Source of the DNA: Takakia lepidozioides
Lineage: Eukaryota; Plantae; Bryophyta
Reading direction: 5' to 3'
Assembly (NCBI GenBank): GCA_030704615.1
Contig: CM060733.1
Coordinates: 43,028,001-43,092,000 of the forward strand
DNA: 64,000 nt
In this document: positions 1 to 13,800 of the stretch, one piece after another
Layout: every line of letters starts with the position of its first letter
Position numbering within the stretch: the stretch's first letter is position 1
The notes under the pieces: generated by a model
Databases searched by the model: none
What the model was told of the DNA's origin: nothing
The model's input: the letters and a program-made list of their open reading frames with translations, nothing else
Translations under genes and position numbers: made by a program

Positions 1-860
1 AAATAAAGGAAGAGGGGACGGTGGCCCTCAAAGCTTTATTGAATGGAGAATAATAAAGTATCGCAGGGGTAGCAAGGAAAAAATAACCTTGCAGGAAGCC
101 ATGCAGACCAACAATGCATGGGACACTGCCTCGTAACCGGAGTCCAGGGGTAGAGCCTAACAGAAGCTAGAGAGTACTAGAAGCTACCACGTTTCCTTCT
201 AGAATGACCAAAAGAAAGATGAATTTTAGATATAGTATTCCTGAGGCTGCGCTTGTGACGCCAATTGACCTGGGGCTTTTCTCCTTCAACTGGGGACACC
301 ATTGCACTATGAGAGCTCCCAGCACGTGGGGAGGGCGTTGTGCCATGTAACCCGAAGTTCAGAGATTATGGTGCAAAAGAACACCTTCTCCCCATGATCC
401 ATCGAAGGTAGCGATAAGTTGTTGTCTCCATCTTTCAGAATTTCTGTGAAAAGCTGCAACTAGAACACGCCATGCTTTCCGAGCTTCAGACAACATGTCT
501 AAGTGAGCTATAGCTCTAAGACAAGGGGAAGAACCATCAAAATGCACGGAACACCTAGCTTTCCGGACATTCCAAAGAATGCGAGCATGCGAAGCGGCCC
601 ATACAGGGCAGCTGCTCCAAAGAGCGCCGTCATAAAAACGCTTCCCAATCTTGAAAATATCATAATTGATGGATAAGACAGCCTGCGTGTACAAAGTACA
701 AAAGAATTGTTATTTTACAAAGAAAAATGGGACGGTATATATAGTAATAAGCAAGTCAGTGTATAGATACGTCACTGTTAATAGGACCGTATTGGATAGG
801 GGAGTAGTCCGACAGCGTTACTCTGGGGGGGACTTCCAGCTGCGTAAATGCACAGCTTCT
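1..860 (-). mobile_element. Degenerate L1/Tx1-like LINE, 3' end (ORF2 C-terminus + 3'UTR)
   Basis: ORF 359..694(-) contains 'CPVWAASHARILWNVRKARCSVHFDG', resembling the W-x-I-W-x-x-R region after the zinc knuckle of L1 ORF2. The minus strand ends in AATAAA..GGGCCACCGTCCCCT, a 3'-terminal motif that recurs with A-rich tails elsewhere in the window. Confidence 0.65.
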
Positions 861-1033
861 TTTCCCTGCTGGATGGCTCAGATCACTTGAAGATATGGGT
901 GGATGGCTCAGATCCCTAGTATTAAAATAAAAGAAATGAATTTAGAAAAGAAAAGATGACAGGGCGGAAGATCCCACGGATCCCTGCCACGGATCCTGGA
1001 GATATATGACGTGATATTCCATCGGCTAACGTC

Positions 1034-1325
1034 CAGCGATTCTTTTATTGGCCAGATTGCGACCTCAAAAAATAAAATCGAATATTTTGTCGCAAATTGC
1101 CTGTTTTTTCATGGATGAAATCGCCAGACTTCTCCAAATAAAAAATAAATCTCTCAATTTAAAAAAAATAAAAAAATTGTGGATGAATTCGGCAAATATG
1201 GATGATATAAATGGATTAAAGTACAGAGGTGGATGAATTTCAGCGGATGAACAGAATTTATGGCTATTTTTTGTAAGACTCCGTAGCCACTTGTGCTGTT
1301 TTCCAATTCCTTAAGAGAAACCCTG
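1034..1325. mobile_element. hAT-type MITE (family A, ~290 bp)
   Basis: Termini CAGCGATTCTTTTA / TAAGAGAAACCCTG. 8-bp TSD ctaacgtc/ataacgtc (1 mismatch). Clearly homologous to 24452-24724. Confidence 0.8.
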
Positions 1326-2169
1326 ATAACGTCCCTGCAAATAAGAGAAAAAAACCCATAGATTTTTACGTACAGGTATAAATGAGCTTTGGTTCTGATC
1401 AGCAAGGGAGCGACATTGAAATTTGAACCTTTGTTTAATTTAAATTGATTAAAAGGGCCTCTGTCCCTTTCATTAAAAAAATAAAAATAAAAATCTCATG
1501 CCCCATCGAGATCCACATTATTATCAGAATATCTATTACACCATAAATTACAAGGGGGGGGGGGCGGGGGTGGGGTGGGGGTCAAGAGACACCATAAATT
1601 CCGCTTCCTTTTGGAGGCGTCATATATTAGATTATGATACATAAAAGCTCATTCAAATACATTGTAATGAGTCGAACAAACTCGATTCTTTAACTTTGTA
1701 TTGCCATCCAATGCAGCTTGCTCTCTCTCTCTCTCTCTTCATGCGCATTCTCTCTAGTCACAATTTTGTAATGAAGCCAAAAATGTGGTTGTCCAAAATC
1801 TTTTGTACAGTAAGTAGCCAAACATACCTTTTCAAGTATGCAATCGAACCTTTTTTTTATTAAAAAAATATATCTATTTTAGTTTCTGTAGATCACCGTG
1901 TCGCCAGGCAAAAGACTAGTATCCCAACCTAAACTTGATTCTATTAACTTATTCACTTGTACCATACTAGGGGCAAACAAATAACCATTTGAAAAGTGCA
2001 AATGGCTTAATGTGCCACCTGGTTCCATTTGAAAAAAGAACCTCCCAGACACTTGTCATCCACAAAGAAACTTACATGGACATCACAATGCCCTCCCACT
2101 CTAACTTATGTGAGAGCACTTGGTTCTTTTTTAGGCTGTCCCGCACTCAATAACAGCAGTTAGTTGAAA

Positions 2170-2610
2170 CATAGCCCCTCCGGATAAAAGAATAAAAATA
2201 CACATTTTACATCCTAAGGGTATAGATGAATTAGTACCGGATATGGTTAAATACATATTTTTTTTATTGTTTATCCAAATGTATATTTCATATATATGAA
2301 CAATATACTCAACAATGCTTGCTATATATTTCCAAGGGTAACCCAGCTACATAACACAACTTTGCGAGCTCCAAAATCTAAGATTCACATAGAGGAGGAG
2401 GTGGAGCACAAGCTGTGGGATAATGATCATTTTGAGCTCAAACTTACCCACCTCCGAGGTAGTTAGGCTATATGCACATCCTAACACTCCGGTTCTACAT
2501 AGGGCAAAGTTAATTTTCTATCAATAATCCTCCGGTTATATTTTCATGGCGGGTAAGCAATAATGCTAGGTCCGGTTACATTTAAATGATTATACTTTGA
2601 TATACTTTCT
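2170..2610. mobile_element. Degenerate copy of hAT MITE family B
   Basis: Long shared blocks with 41626-42433, e.g. cctccggttatatt..atggcgggtaagcaa..aatgc..gtccggtta. Termini not recognisable. Confidence 0.7.
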
Positions 2611-5600
2611 CTATGCTACTGCACTGTAAGGTACTCCTACCCATGTAGGCCCCTTTGCAGGTATTTCCCAAGTGGGTCCAAGTCAGACCCCAAATGTGAT
2701 AGCCACTTTAGTGGGCGTGGCATGTATTAGCGTTGCGCGGCCCGCATGCAATAGTTAGCTTTATTTGGATGGCAACCTAGCTGTCCAGTCGTGTTTGGTG
2801 GATTTGAGTATTGACCCATGGTATCAATTCACTGGTATGGAAAACCGACCCCAGCTGGTACAAAGAGTTCCACTACCTAGTACCGACCATTGCATCCTAT
2901 ATATACATATATAACGGCCCCAAGGGCTACTATTGAGGCAAGAAGGTGGACACCTTTGTGACACCGATCGGTGGATTACTTGGTATGTGCCCATTACCAC
3001 TCGGCTTCAACTTGGTTGCCAAAAGGGCCCGGCCGCACCGGACTCATTTCTTCAGAGAGCCGCTGGCTAAGTTAGCGACCAGATTAAAAGTTAAACAAGG
3101 GTGTGAACTTACAGGCTTACACTCTATTGGTCTAAAAAATAGTAATTTCAGGGGTCCGGTAATTCCAGGGAGGGAAAACTTTGAACGTGCATTGTCGGCA
3201 GCCATGATGGGTATGCCCAACCATCCATACGATCATATATCATACCCAACGTTCCATACATCCATGTGTATGGCAAGACATGCGGTGTAAGACATGAGTG
3301 CGGGCCGCGGTTGGTCCGCGGTACGCAAAGTGACCGCGTGGCAGGTGCTTTGAAATGAGCAGAGACAGACACGGCGGCACGGACAGGCCAGTTGACGTGA
3401 CGAGGAAGAAAACGACGAGGACCGGCCCCCTCTCTCTTCGGACTTTGGTGCAGCCCTAATAATAGTGCGGCAATCCTCCCCATCATTTGCTGCTCTGCGT
3501 TTCTCGTCCGAGGAATGAAGCGAGCCATGGCATTGACCAGGCATCCACACTCGCTGCTGTGGTACGTATTGTGTAGGCAGGCAGGAAGGGAGCCGGAATC
3601 AGGGATGGGGACTCAGGAGTCGGGAGTCGAGCCTCGGACCCACAGACGCAGAAACGGACTGTAAGTTCCTCTGAATTCCGATTCTCCACTTTTTCCAGAG
3701 ATTCCTCTCGTCAGAGTTAGAATCATAGTCTTGCACAGTGCAATTGTACAAGAACAAGAGTTGGCTTAGCTGACAGCGCAGGAGCATGGCAAGGGAATGG
3801 AGGTGTAAAGTAAGTAGGGTAGATATTTTGAGCACAGCAACTTGCCCCACCTACTCTTGCAATCAAACATGATCCTACCGACGCCCAGACCAGCACACTC
3901 ATCATTCACACCACAACCATCGTTGTGGGTACGGCAAGGCCTTTGATTACACACTCACAGTTCCCAGGATGTAGTTCCATTCTTGCAAATGTAATGAGTG
4001 AAGAGCATTAGTGCTCAACTTCCACAGAGATGTGGGAGTCACTGTACAGTCTCAAGCAAGTGTGGGGAGGGAAGGTATGGAGGGCACAAGTTGTTGGTGG
4101 AGACGATGGTTGCATAAGTAAATGCCCACTGAGACATTTTTTTAGGGGGAAGGGGAGGAAGCCCTGTAAGTCATATTAATGAAGGATGTCCTGGAAAAAA
4201 TAACCAGGACAGGCCGCCTTAAGGCTTACATCTTTGTAAGCGTTTGTATGACTATATTGATTTATTTGTTTTATCTTTTCAAAGGACTGCCGTCAGGAAT
4301 TTTGGAGTGCTCAGGGGTACCCAAAATTCTGATGGTTTGGGGCCCTACAGCAAGGTTGACTTTACCACGTGGCAGGCAGATGGGGCTGGGTCCTGCATTT
4401 GCAGGCGACGGGTTTGTCGATGGGGTCCACAAAAACGGGCTCACACAAAACAGCCCCCGGGAGTTCATGGGTTTTGATGACGTGGCCCCTTTTTCTTTGC
4501 CGGAAGGCCTAAGTAGGAAATCCCTTTTTTTGCAATCTCTGCCTGTAAATAGCTTAGGATGGTTTCATTTTTTTTTCAGGGTAGTGAGTATGAAGGCGAG
4601 CAACAACATGACAAGAGGAATTTTGCTTCCCTCAAAAATTGGGGGTGATTTGGGGTGATTTGGGGTCATGTGATAGAAATGGCCATTTTTACCCCCTTAT
4701 TTTCCCATACAAAGCAACCATTGTGAATTTTTGGAATTTGGCTCTAGATTTTTGGGTGGACATGCTGAAGGTGCCATACAATTAGAATCTGGAGCCTGGA
4801 TAAAAAAATTCTAAATGGTAGGCCATGCCATAACCAATTTTTCACTATAAAAATGAAAATAGTAGAAAAATTTGGCCTAGCATTTTTGTTATAATCTTCC
4901 TAATTAGACCGTCAAATCTCCTAAGATTTTCAAAAGGGGGTGCATGAAATAGGTAGGATCACTTTGGTACAGTTGGGATGTGTGTCAAATGAGAGATATA
5001 TTCTCATCCATGAGGGTAGGTCTGGGTTTGGACATGGCCCACAAAAAACAGGCTCGTAGACCAATGAACTCAAATAACCATGAATGATTAATATTTTTAG
5101 ATGTAGTAGAGTAATATTTTAGATTTTGTGAATAAATCTTCAATAAAATAGTTACATTTCATATCAAGATTTAGAAATATTATAACGTATTTTTTAGTAA
5201 TTTTTTAGTAGTTGTTTTAAAGAAAAAGGAATCCTGGGAGTGACAGCTCACAACTCAGGCCCTTGAGGAGGGGGAAAAATAACCCCCTTTCATTTATGGG
5301 CCATGGAGGCACACAGGAAGATAGTAATTTGCTTTGTTATGCTATAATGTGTTATCATCTTCTAAATTCCACATTTAGGTCTTTATAGCTACTTCAAGTT
5401 TAACCTTAAAGGGATCGCCATTGGGCAAATGTCGCCCTCCAAAAATAAGTGACATAAGACGAGTTAACTCAAGCAACACATCCACATTGTTACATCCAAA
5501 AAAAATGAACCTTATCATATTCACCTTGGTTACCATGTACATCCTAGCAAATTGCGGAGAAATTCACCATACAAGAAGAGAGATTTTAGTGTTTTAGTGG

Positions 5601-7384
5601 GGGTTTTTTCGGGTTTTAGGATTTTGCAAAGTTTGAAATTTGAGCTTTCAAGACCAAGCTCCTTGGGGTTGATTTTTCCTGCTTCTGCTTCCCACATACA
5701 ATGTTGTAAGGTATTCTAGCGAACTATTATGAAAATTTAACGGCAAACAACATTTTGTTTTTATGAGGGTCATTTGTATGTGTTTGAGGGAGGGGTCACA
5801 ATGACCTCCATAGCTTGGCAACTCAAGGTGAACCCGTTCCAAAACTTGAATCATTGACAATGAGATGTTTCACTCAATCCCTTCAATGAGTGTATGAAAT
5901 GCACAATGGAGCCCACCCCTCAAAGGAGGCAATACCCGCATGGGGAAGACGCTCTTATTTAAGCTAGCTTCGGATCGCGTTATATTATAATGCACTACCA
6001 TCGTGAGCCTGGTAAAAAGAAAAATCTATAGAAACTCATCAGGGCCTCTGTCCCTATTCACTATAAAAAAAACAAAAGATATATCTAGATCCAAGGATAG
6101 AATTTATAAAAAATATCACCCAAGTGAGCCCAACTGTGGGCCAATTATGTCTCGCCCACGTCAACTCTGCATGGCCCCTCTTGCATGCTGCCATTTCATG
6201 ACCCTTGTGTTTCCTAAAAATTATGTAGGTGGGAGAATTTGGTAGATCTTAGTAGTTTCAATGTGAGAAGGTGGGCCATGTTGTCACAAGTTAATTAAAA
6301 TGCACTTGGAACCATTAAAAGCTAATAAGATTTGCAAAAAGTACATAGAAAAATTCACTTCCTCCAAACCTGAAACAGGGTTAGGTGTTAAGTAGGTTTC
6401 AAGTGATCACCAGAATTTTTCAGGTCTTACTTTGACTAGAAAAATATTATATAGTTTGCCGGTGTCTCTAATTCCTCTTAACCACATGTATTTTGGTTAC
6501 ATTATTGACCTACAGGCTGGCCAGTAAGTCGACAATAAATTTTATTCAATATCTGATAACATAAATCCTTCTACCTTGTCGGGTGAGATATAATCTTCAT
6601 CCCTTCCCTTGGGCGGTATCCCATGAGCTCTGTGCTCGGCGCCTCATGGCCAAGTTTTTTTTTTTTCTTAATAATAAATACGGGAAGAAGCCCTTGAAAT
6701 GAACTAAAAGGGAGAGTCGCGGGAAAAACAAGCAATTCATCGCATAATTGCTCATCCTAGTTGACGAGACATTCCCTTTATGTTTTGTGCCTTCACAGCC
6801 CCCGGAGGTTATTTTTTCCTCATTGTTCTCCTTTTTTCTATAAATAAATTTCCAGGGCCTCTGTCCCCTGTTCTGTTTTTTTTCAAAAAAAAATGAGATA
6901 TGTCGGTACAAAGGAATATAATTAAATAATTTAAAAATAATAAATACATGGTTATGGTCTGTCCAATATGCTTCTCTAGTACAATGTCGGCGAGGTACAT
7001 TTATCCAAAATGTGATCTAATTGATAGCCATAAATAATAATTATTTTTTTCTTATAAGTTCGAATAGTATTACTGTAAATTATGCATTTATGGCCCCACA
7101 GAGGTTATTTTTTCCTCCTTCTGTCAGCTTTCAATGTGGTAGCGTTTCATTGCTATCCAATACTCAAACCAAAGTGATATATAAAAATCTATAAAACCTG
7201 TAATATTTGATTAAAATCGTATTAAAGATCATTAAAAATAAAACAATATATATTTGTATATATATATATATATATATGCATAATTTCCAAGGAAATACCC
7301 GGCCCTAGCAACTGGGCCTTGAGGGGGAAAATAAATGCATGGAATAAATGCGAGCGATGTAGGACATGGGTGTCAATGTATGTG

Positions 7385-7690
7385 TTTGTTAGCTTCTCAT
7401 GGGTACTGCAAAGAAGCACAAAGATTTGGGCATATATTTATCCAAGGATCTGAATCTAAGTCTGCAAGTCAAAAAAAAAAAAAAAAAGTCTGCAAGTCTT
7501 GTTTACATGCCTAACGACTCAGTTTTAGATGCCCTACTCAGTAATGACTCCCTATTATCATGGGAACAAAGGTTTCAGATTGCATTGGGGGCTGCAAGCG
7601 GTTTGGAATATTTGCTTAAACATTGCTCTTCCTACATTATCCACAGAGATATCAAACCCAGTAATATCCTGCTTGACAGGTACTATTGCA
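7385..7690 (+). pseudogene. Receptor-like kinase (RLK/Pelle) catalytic-domain fragment
   Basis: '[52 protein letters not shown]' matches subdomains V-VIb. No DFG or downstream subdomains, and it is interrupted by a poly(A) insertion. Confidence 0.85.
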
Positions 7691-9144
7691 CAATTGAAGC
7701 AACTCCATTCTCTTTTCTACAATTGTCTATATATACAGCTCTTCTAACATTCCGTAGAGTAACGACTACAACTCTAGACAACAGATTTGACAGGACTTTG
7801 CTGGTTGTCAGCCACCGATGTGACCTGTATGCATTGCATCCCACACTTAAGTTACTGATTGTGCATCAGGAAAGTGCTAATAGCATAGCAATCAAGATTG
7901 GAGCATTGTGCTCATAGCAATGATCAAATTGCAAGTACTGGAATAACGTGTTCATCCATCAATCCTCTTGAAGAAATCTATTTAGATTACTCCAATGTCC
8001 ATGGGCTCAACTCCTTCATCCACATCTTTGCCTTGATCTTGATGTTTCTCCACCGTCTCATCTGTCTCCTCCACATTGAGGACAATATAAGGGGAGAGAT
8101 GTCTTTCTAGTAATCGTCACCTCTTTGGACACCTTGAACCTTGTTGGTGACCCAGCAGCACAGCCACAACAAACCGAGGTGAGGCCGATAGTCCATGATG
8201 TTCTTTCCACCAATTAGCGGTTATTTTGATCTCCTGACATATTGTTGCTCTAAATGATCTTACCCACACCAACAACCTGAATGTCTTGTCCAGGTATCAT
8301 TGCAAGATTCATAAGTTTGAGGAATTGGTCCTTATTCTTAGACAATTCTTTTAGGACCGTGTCTGTCAAAACAGTTTGCCTTCTCTATTTTTTTTCTCGA
8401 TCAATGTATTTAGATCCCCACTTGCTGTCGTATTCTCAATATGCGGTATCAGATTTGTGTCACAAAAAAGTATCAAAGTCATCCTTTGGAACCCCATCTA
8501 CATACAAGAACGATCTATACAACTCCTCCTTGGCAAACTCGTCGACCTCTTCCTGAAAAAAAATGTTATACTGAGCTCACAAAAGTGTGACCATAACCTA
8601 GTCACATAAAAATATATTGAAACGATTTAACGATGTATGTATGCATAACAATTAGGTATAATCAACTCGCAATGAAAACAACTATTACATGTTAGAACCA
8701 AACTCACGTTTAACTCCGCCAGAGTATATGACTACATTAGCCTGCCTAGGCAAGCCCACCTTCTAAATGCCGTTATTTACAAAATTGATTCTCGACTTTT
8801 TCCTGGAACATGAAACAAAGGCATGCGGAGGCGTCATAGATTGACACAGGAAAATGCTTCTTGCCTTTCTCCTTTGGTAAGAAACTTTCTTTATAGCTCA
8901 TTGCTGATTCCTTATTACTTATAGCTTGCTCGAGAGTATTCACGATCAATACATGAACGTACGATCGTACAAACTAGTGATCACCAAAACATTGAAACAT
9001 TAAAAACATAAAGCCACAATTATTTTATTTCTATACAAACTATATGTACATAATTACAATATAGTTCAACATCACGTATCATTACATTTGAAACCAAGTT
9101 CATTGTGTGCGACTAAGTCGTTAGCATGACCTACATTGTAAATA

Positions 9145-9974
9145 GGGGGTTGGTAGGACGTGAGCATAGAGGTGAGCAGAGCTCACGTGAGCACAAACCC
9201 ATGGTCATGGGGATTTTATGTTTTTAAACTGCGGTCACATGAGTTATATGTTTTCAAAAAGGAATTAAACCATTGGCGGATATAGAGACACGATGCATTT
9301 ATAGGGTTTATGTGATGTATATCTATAAGCTCCAAGTTCCACATATCTACAGTTTTGGTATCCTACAAAAGAATAACACATTAGGGAAAGACAAAGTCAC
9401 AATAACCAACAACATCCAAAACACACAAATACCAAATAATAGTTGAACATTTCATATAATGGGGCAAACAATGGGTTTCATTAACGAAAAAAAATCAAGG
9501 TATCGAATTTCGCCAGCAAAATAACGGATTTCGCCATCAAAATAATGGGTTTTGCCAGCGAAATATTGGGTTTTGTCGGCGAAATTTTCAGAAATCGTTG
9601 CGTAGGTCATTATCCTATGGTTTCGTGGGCGAAACAAAATGTGTTGTGCTTGGTTTTGCATATAAGAGACGACGTGAGATTGTTTTATTTCACTAACGAA
9701 TTGTTATGTGCTGCGTACAGAAAAGTTAACCACGGAAATAGGGTGCCCGTCCATATTAATGACTCATTTTGTGCCTATTTCTCCTGTGTCTATGTCTCTT
9801 CGTGTGGTTTGTGCTCACGTAAGCACAAGTATGCTCGTGAGCACAAATTGTACATTTTAGTTTCACTATTGCATCTTTTCAAAGAATATTCTAAGAATTT
9901 ATGGTATATCATCTTTCTGCTCATGTGAGCAGGCTTATGCTCATGTGAGCTTGCTCACATGCTACCCAACCTCC
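9145..9974. mobile_element. Non-autonomous TIR DNA transposon (~830 bp, 8-bp TSD)
   Basis: TIRs GGGGGTTGGTAGGACGTGAGCA / TGCTCACATGCTACCCAACCTCC. Perfect TSD tgtaaata (9137-9144, 9975-9982). Subterminal GCTCAC(A/G)TGAGC palindromes and an internal ~21-bp tandem repeat x4 at ~9508-9590. Confidence 0.8.
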
Positions 9975-10892
9975 TGTAAATACCGTCGACACTCATATAT
10001 CAAAGTTTTTTGACTAATTGACCTTTAAGAAGTTTCATAAGATCGGATCTTGGAATTTTCAAGACAGCTTGCCAGTTTCCCGTAAGCATTGTAATCATAT
10101 TCTCTCTTGTATCAGTTATACCGGAACAAGCTACCTCCGGTTCCTCTTCAACATCAACGAATAACCAACAAAACTGACAATGACAACGACCATCGTTAGA
10201 TTTACGATGGATTGGGAAATATGACATATCTGGCACACCTCTCTGGGTCTCTCAGTCACATTGTGGGAGAGGTCACGTGTAAATTTCCTGAATTCTGTTT
10301 CATAGAATCACCATAAAATAATAAGAAAATACAATAGTTTGTGATCTAATAGTGCAGCTATTGATGGCATACATGTTGAAGTCCATAAATAAACATAAGG
10401 ACATGTGCGGAGACATAATTCTTTTCCACATTCAGACACGCAAATCGACAACCCTCTATCCGATAGTAGTCCCGAATACATATTAGCCAAAATCTATCGA
10501 TGTGGCCCCTTGTCTTGCCTACAAACAAAAATTTGGCACTAGGTGGCATCCTAAGAATATCGCTTCCATGGATGATGTTTTGCATCCCCAGATGCAGTCC
10601 AGAATGTCCAAAAAATGTATTGTCTGTCCGTTCATACTCGCCGTGACGAAAGCGTAGGAAGACTTGTTTAAAAAAATCAATATATGAAGCGAGGCAGTTT
10701 GCTTTGTTTTACCGTCGTTGAGATGTCCCAAACCAAACCGCGGGGCCGTTGGAAAGCCCTCCATGTATATCGAATTTCACGTACTTTTGGTCGCTGGAAA
10801 TTCGCAAAAAATAGCAAAGTGGCCTTTCCTGGAGCAATGATGGGATATGTCAACATATGAAGGCTGGAGAGGAGGGACATGATGTGTCAACA

Positions 10893-13800
10893 ATGGGGGG
10901 TGCAGCAACGGGGGAGGGAAGGTCGCTGGAGTTCACCCCCACTTGGACCGTGGCTACGCTTTGCACCGTCTTCATCCTGCTTTCCTTTACGGTTGAGCGC
11001 TCCATCGATACGCTCCGCAATGTATGTGCTCCCTAATCTCTTCTGCGCTTGCATTCATGCAGTTTGAAATTGGCAACAGCCGACCAGCTGCTTAGGTGCA
11101 AGTTTGTGGACTCAAAGATTTCTCTTTAGATTCTCTTCCATGTCTTGATGAAATTCATTCATAAACTGAAATCGCTGCTGGAAATGCATGGTCTGGGAGT
11201 CCTAAACGCCCGCTTTGCCCGTGACTGCCTGTAATTGTGCCGGTTGCAGACAAACCATGAGAGAATTGGCGAGCATGATCACTGAAGATGATGCACGCAA
11301 ACTCTTCATGATTTGGGACAAGGTCTTTGTTAATGGTTTGTAACATGGCGGTGTTATTATCATACATCTTCTGTATGACATAAGGTCCTTTCCATGGTGA
11401 TTTAAGCTTAGAAGCTTTAATCTTTCCCTTCTTCTGCAACCACAGTACCAAATCTCCCGTCTTAAAAGTCTTTAATTTACCTTCATAAAACTGATCCTTC
11501 CTCCCGAAACAGCTAACTCCTCACAGAGGTGTTCCACAGCGAGGATCAGGAATGCTTGGCAGCACATCTGCATGAGGCGGTACATCTTAGATAATCCCTT
11601 GATCAATAGGCGTTGTTTTTGGGCTGCTTGTTGAGGGCCCCGCAGTCTCTTCCTTGTACCATAAACTCCGTGAGCTTTCCTCATCATTTCATTTCCTCAA
11701 TCTTTTTCAGTCATCTCCATTTGAAGAGCCCCCTATCTATTAAACTGTTTATGAAGTGATGTTCAAGCAGAGCTCAAGGGGTAATATGAAGTGCTCGAAT
11801 CATTCCTCTACTATACGTACCTGTGAGTCCTGCATGTGGACATGCAGTCGATTGAACTCATTGTTAGAGATGGAGATCATACCATTTCTTTGCTGAGGAT
11901 TTTTTGTGGAGCAGGTTTGTATTTGAACTTCAGGAAATACAGAGACTGACACGGAGATGAACACCAAGGTTATGGTGTTATACATTCTGGGAAGGCATCA
12001 GCAGCTTGTTGTCTGAAGCAGCTGCCCCAGTCACGTTCAATTGGTGAACACATTGAACAGCATGAAGCCACCTTGCCATTGTGAGACAGCATCAGGTCAT
12101 TGCTGCACTTGCAGACAGTCAAGGTAGCTACTGACATTGAGAATCAATTGTCTTCTTGCAGTATTTGTGCAGAACTCAGCGCAATGCATTGCTGGCAGCT
12201 TTGGAAAAAATGAAGGATGGTGGGTATATTGGCTGTTCTTGCTCATGTATCTGACTTCTGAATGGTCTTTACTACGGATGAACCCACCCTCATTGCCGCC
12301 AATGCACTCAATTATTGTGAAAATGTTGAGAAAGGTTGTGTCTTTTGATATGTTAGCGCAACAGCTTTTTTACAAACTGTTAATGCATCCCAGCCTGGCA
12401 GCTGGTACGTTTTGCCTGCGCACCTGGCTCTCCCCTTTCAACATGTATTTGACAATATCCTATCTCTGATATGAGTTCATTTTCTTAAAGATCCTCTGGT
12501 ACCCAGCTGACATGAAAACAGCTGAGGGAAACCATCACCAACAATGAGGCAAACACAGAATAATAATGCATATGTATGGATAGTCCTTCTTAACATGCCT
12601 TTTTCAGTCCAGCCCTTCTTCTTACTGTGAAATCTTGGCTTGTTGATCTGTTTGGGTGGGCAGAGCTGATGCTATTGGGATTCATGTCACTGGCAATTAC
12701 AGTGTTGGGTGAACCAGTTTCCAGGATCTGCATATCTACCTCCCTTTATGACAGATTAGTACCTTGCTCCTTGGTGGAGAAGGCAGCGAAGGCAAACAGT
12801 ACCACAGGAAGCTCTCAATCAACGCTTGCACATGGTAGATTGCTCCAAGTGGCAATTTCAGAAGGTTCTCATGGGAGGACACTTGTCGGAGCAAGTGCCA
12901 GCACTTCCATGTGCCCAGAGGTATGCATAATCCATCTGCCCCATGACAAGAATGTAAGAAATATTATTTTCCCCCTTCCCCTTGCAGCTTTGTGACTACA
13001 TGAGAGATGGTAAACTGATTATGGTGCTGGCAAGATTCCTTCATACTTTTTTCTTGAGATGTTATGTTGTTTCTTATGGCATACGAACTCTGGAACGGTA
13101 GTTCAGCCTACAACCATATCAGGCAGGTTTGCAGTCAACTTGACCAAGTTGTGGGTTCCCTTTTCAAACTCATTCTGGCAACTGTCGGTAGAGGCAAATG
13201 TGTCACGGTCGTTAGTCTCAGTTATTTTCCATAGTTGTATGAATGAGAAGGTAGAAGGTCACAAGTTGTCTGATAACAGGACACTCTTATACTTTGGGAA
13301 CTTTTGGAGCTGCAGGGCAAAGAGCCGTTTGTTTCAACGACAAGCCTCAATCAGCTCCATATTTTCATCTTTGTGATGGCTGTTGTACATTTGCTGTACT
13401 CTGCTCTCACTATGCTACTCGCTCTTGTCAAGGTGGAAACTTCGTTGCTCATACCCTCTGGTCTTGTGTTTTCAGGGTCAGAATGAGCAAGACACCTTAT
13501 TTGTTGCATATATCAAAAGGGGGTCTCAATTGTTTGTCCAGAGTAATGTTCTCTCTCTCTATGCAACATTTACGATGAGGTGTATTTTGGTTATCCTGGT
13601 TCTATTGTGCTATTCTACTGTATCCCGTCAGCACTTTGGGCAACCCTTGAACAGTAAGCACTCTGGTGGGGCTGAAAATGCTCACACAATTCATGCCATT
13701 GTTTCGTGCTCTGCAGTAGTCAATGACAAGCATAGTCTAATAAGAGATCTCTGGCACAGTCCCAGTACTGGAGTTCGCCCCTCACAAAATTAGTGGCTGT

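Noticed and set aside
2700-6300. ORFs and short repeats in the intergenic block
   Set aside because: No recognisable domain, TIR or TSD. Probably old TE debris, but not supportable.
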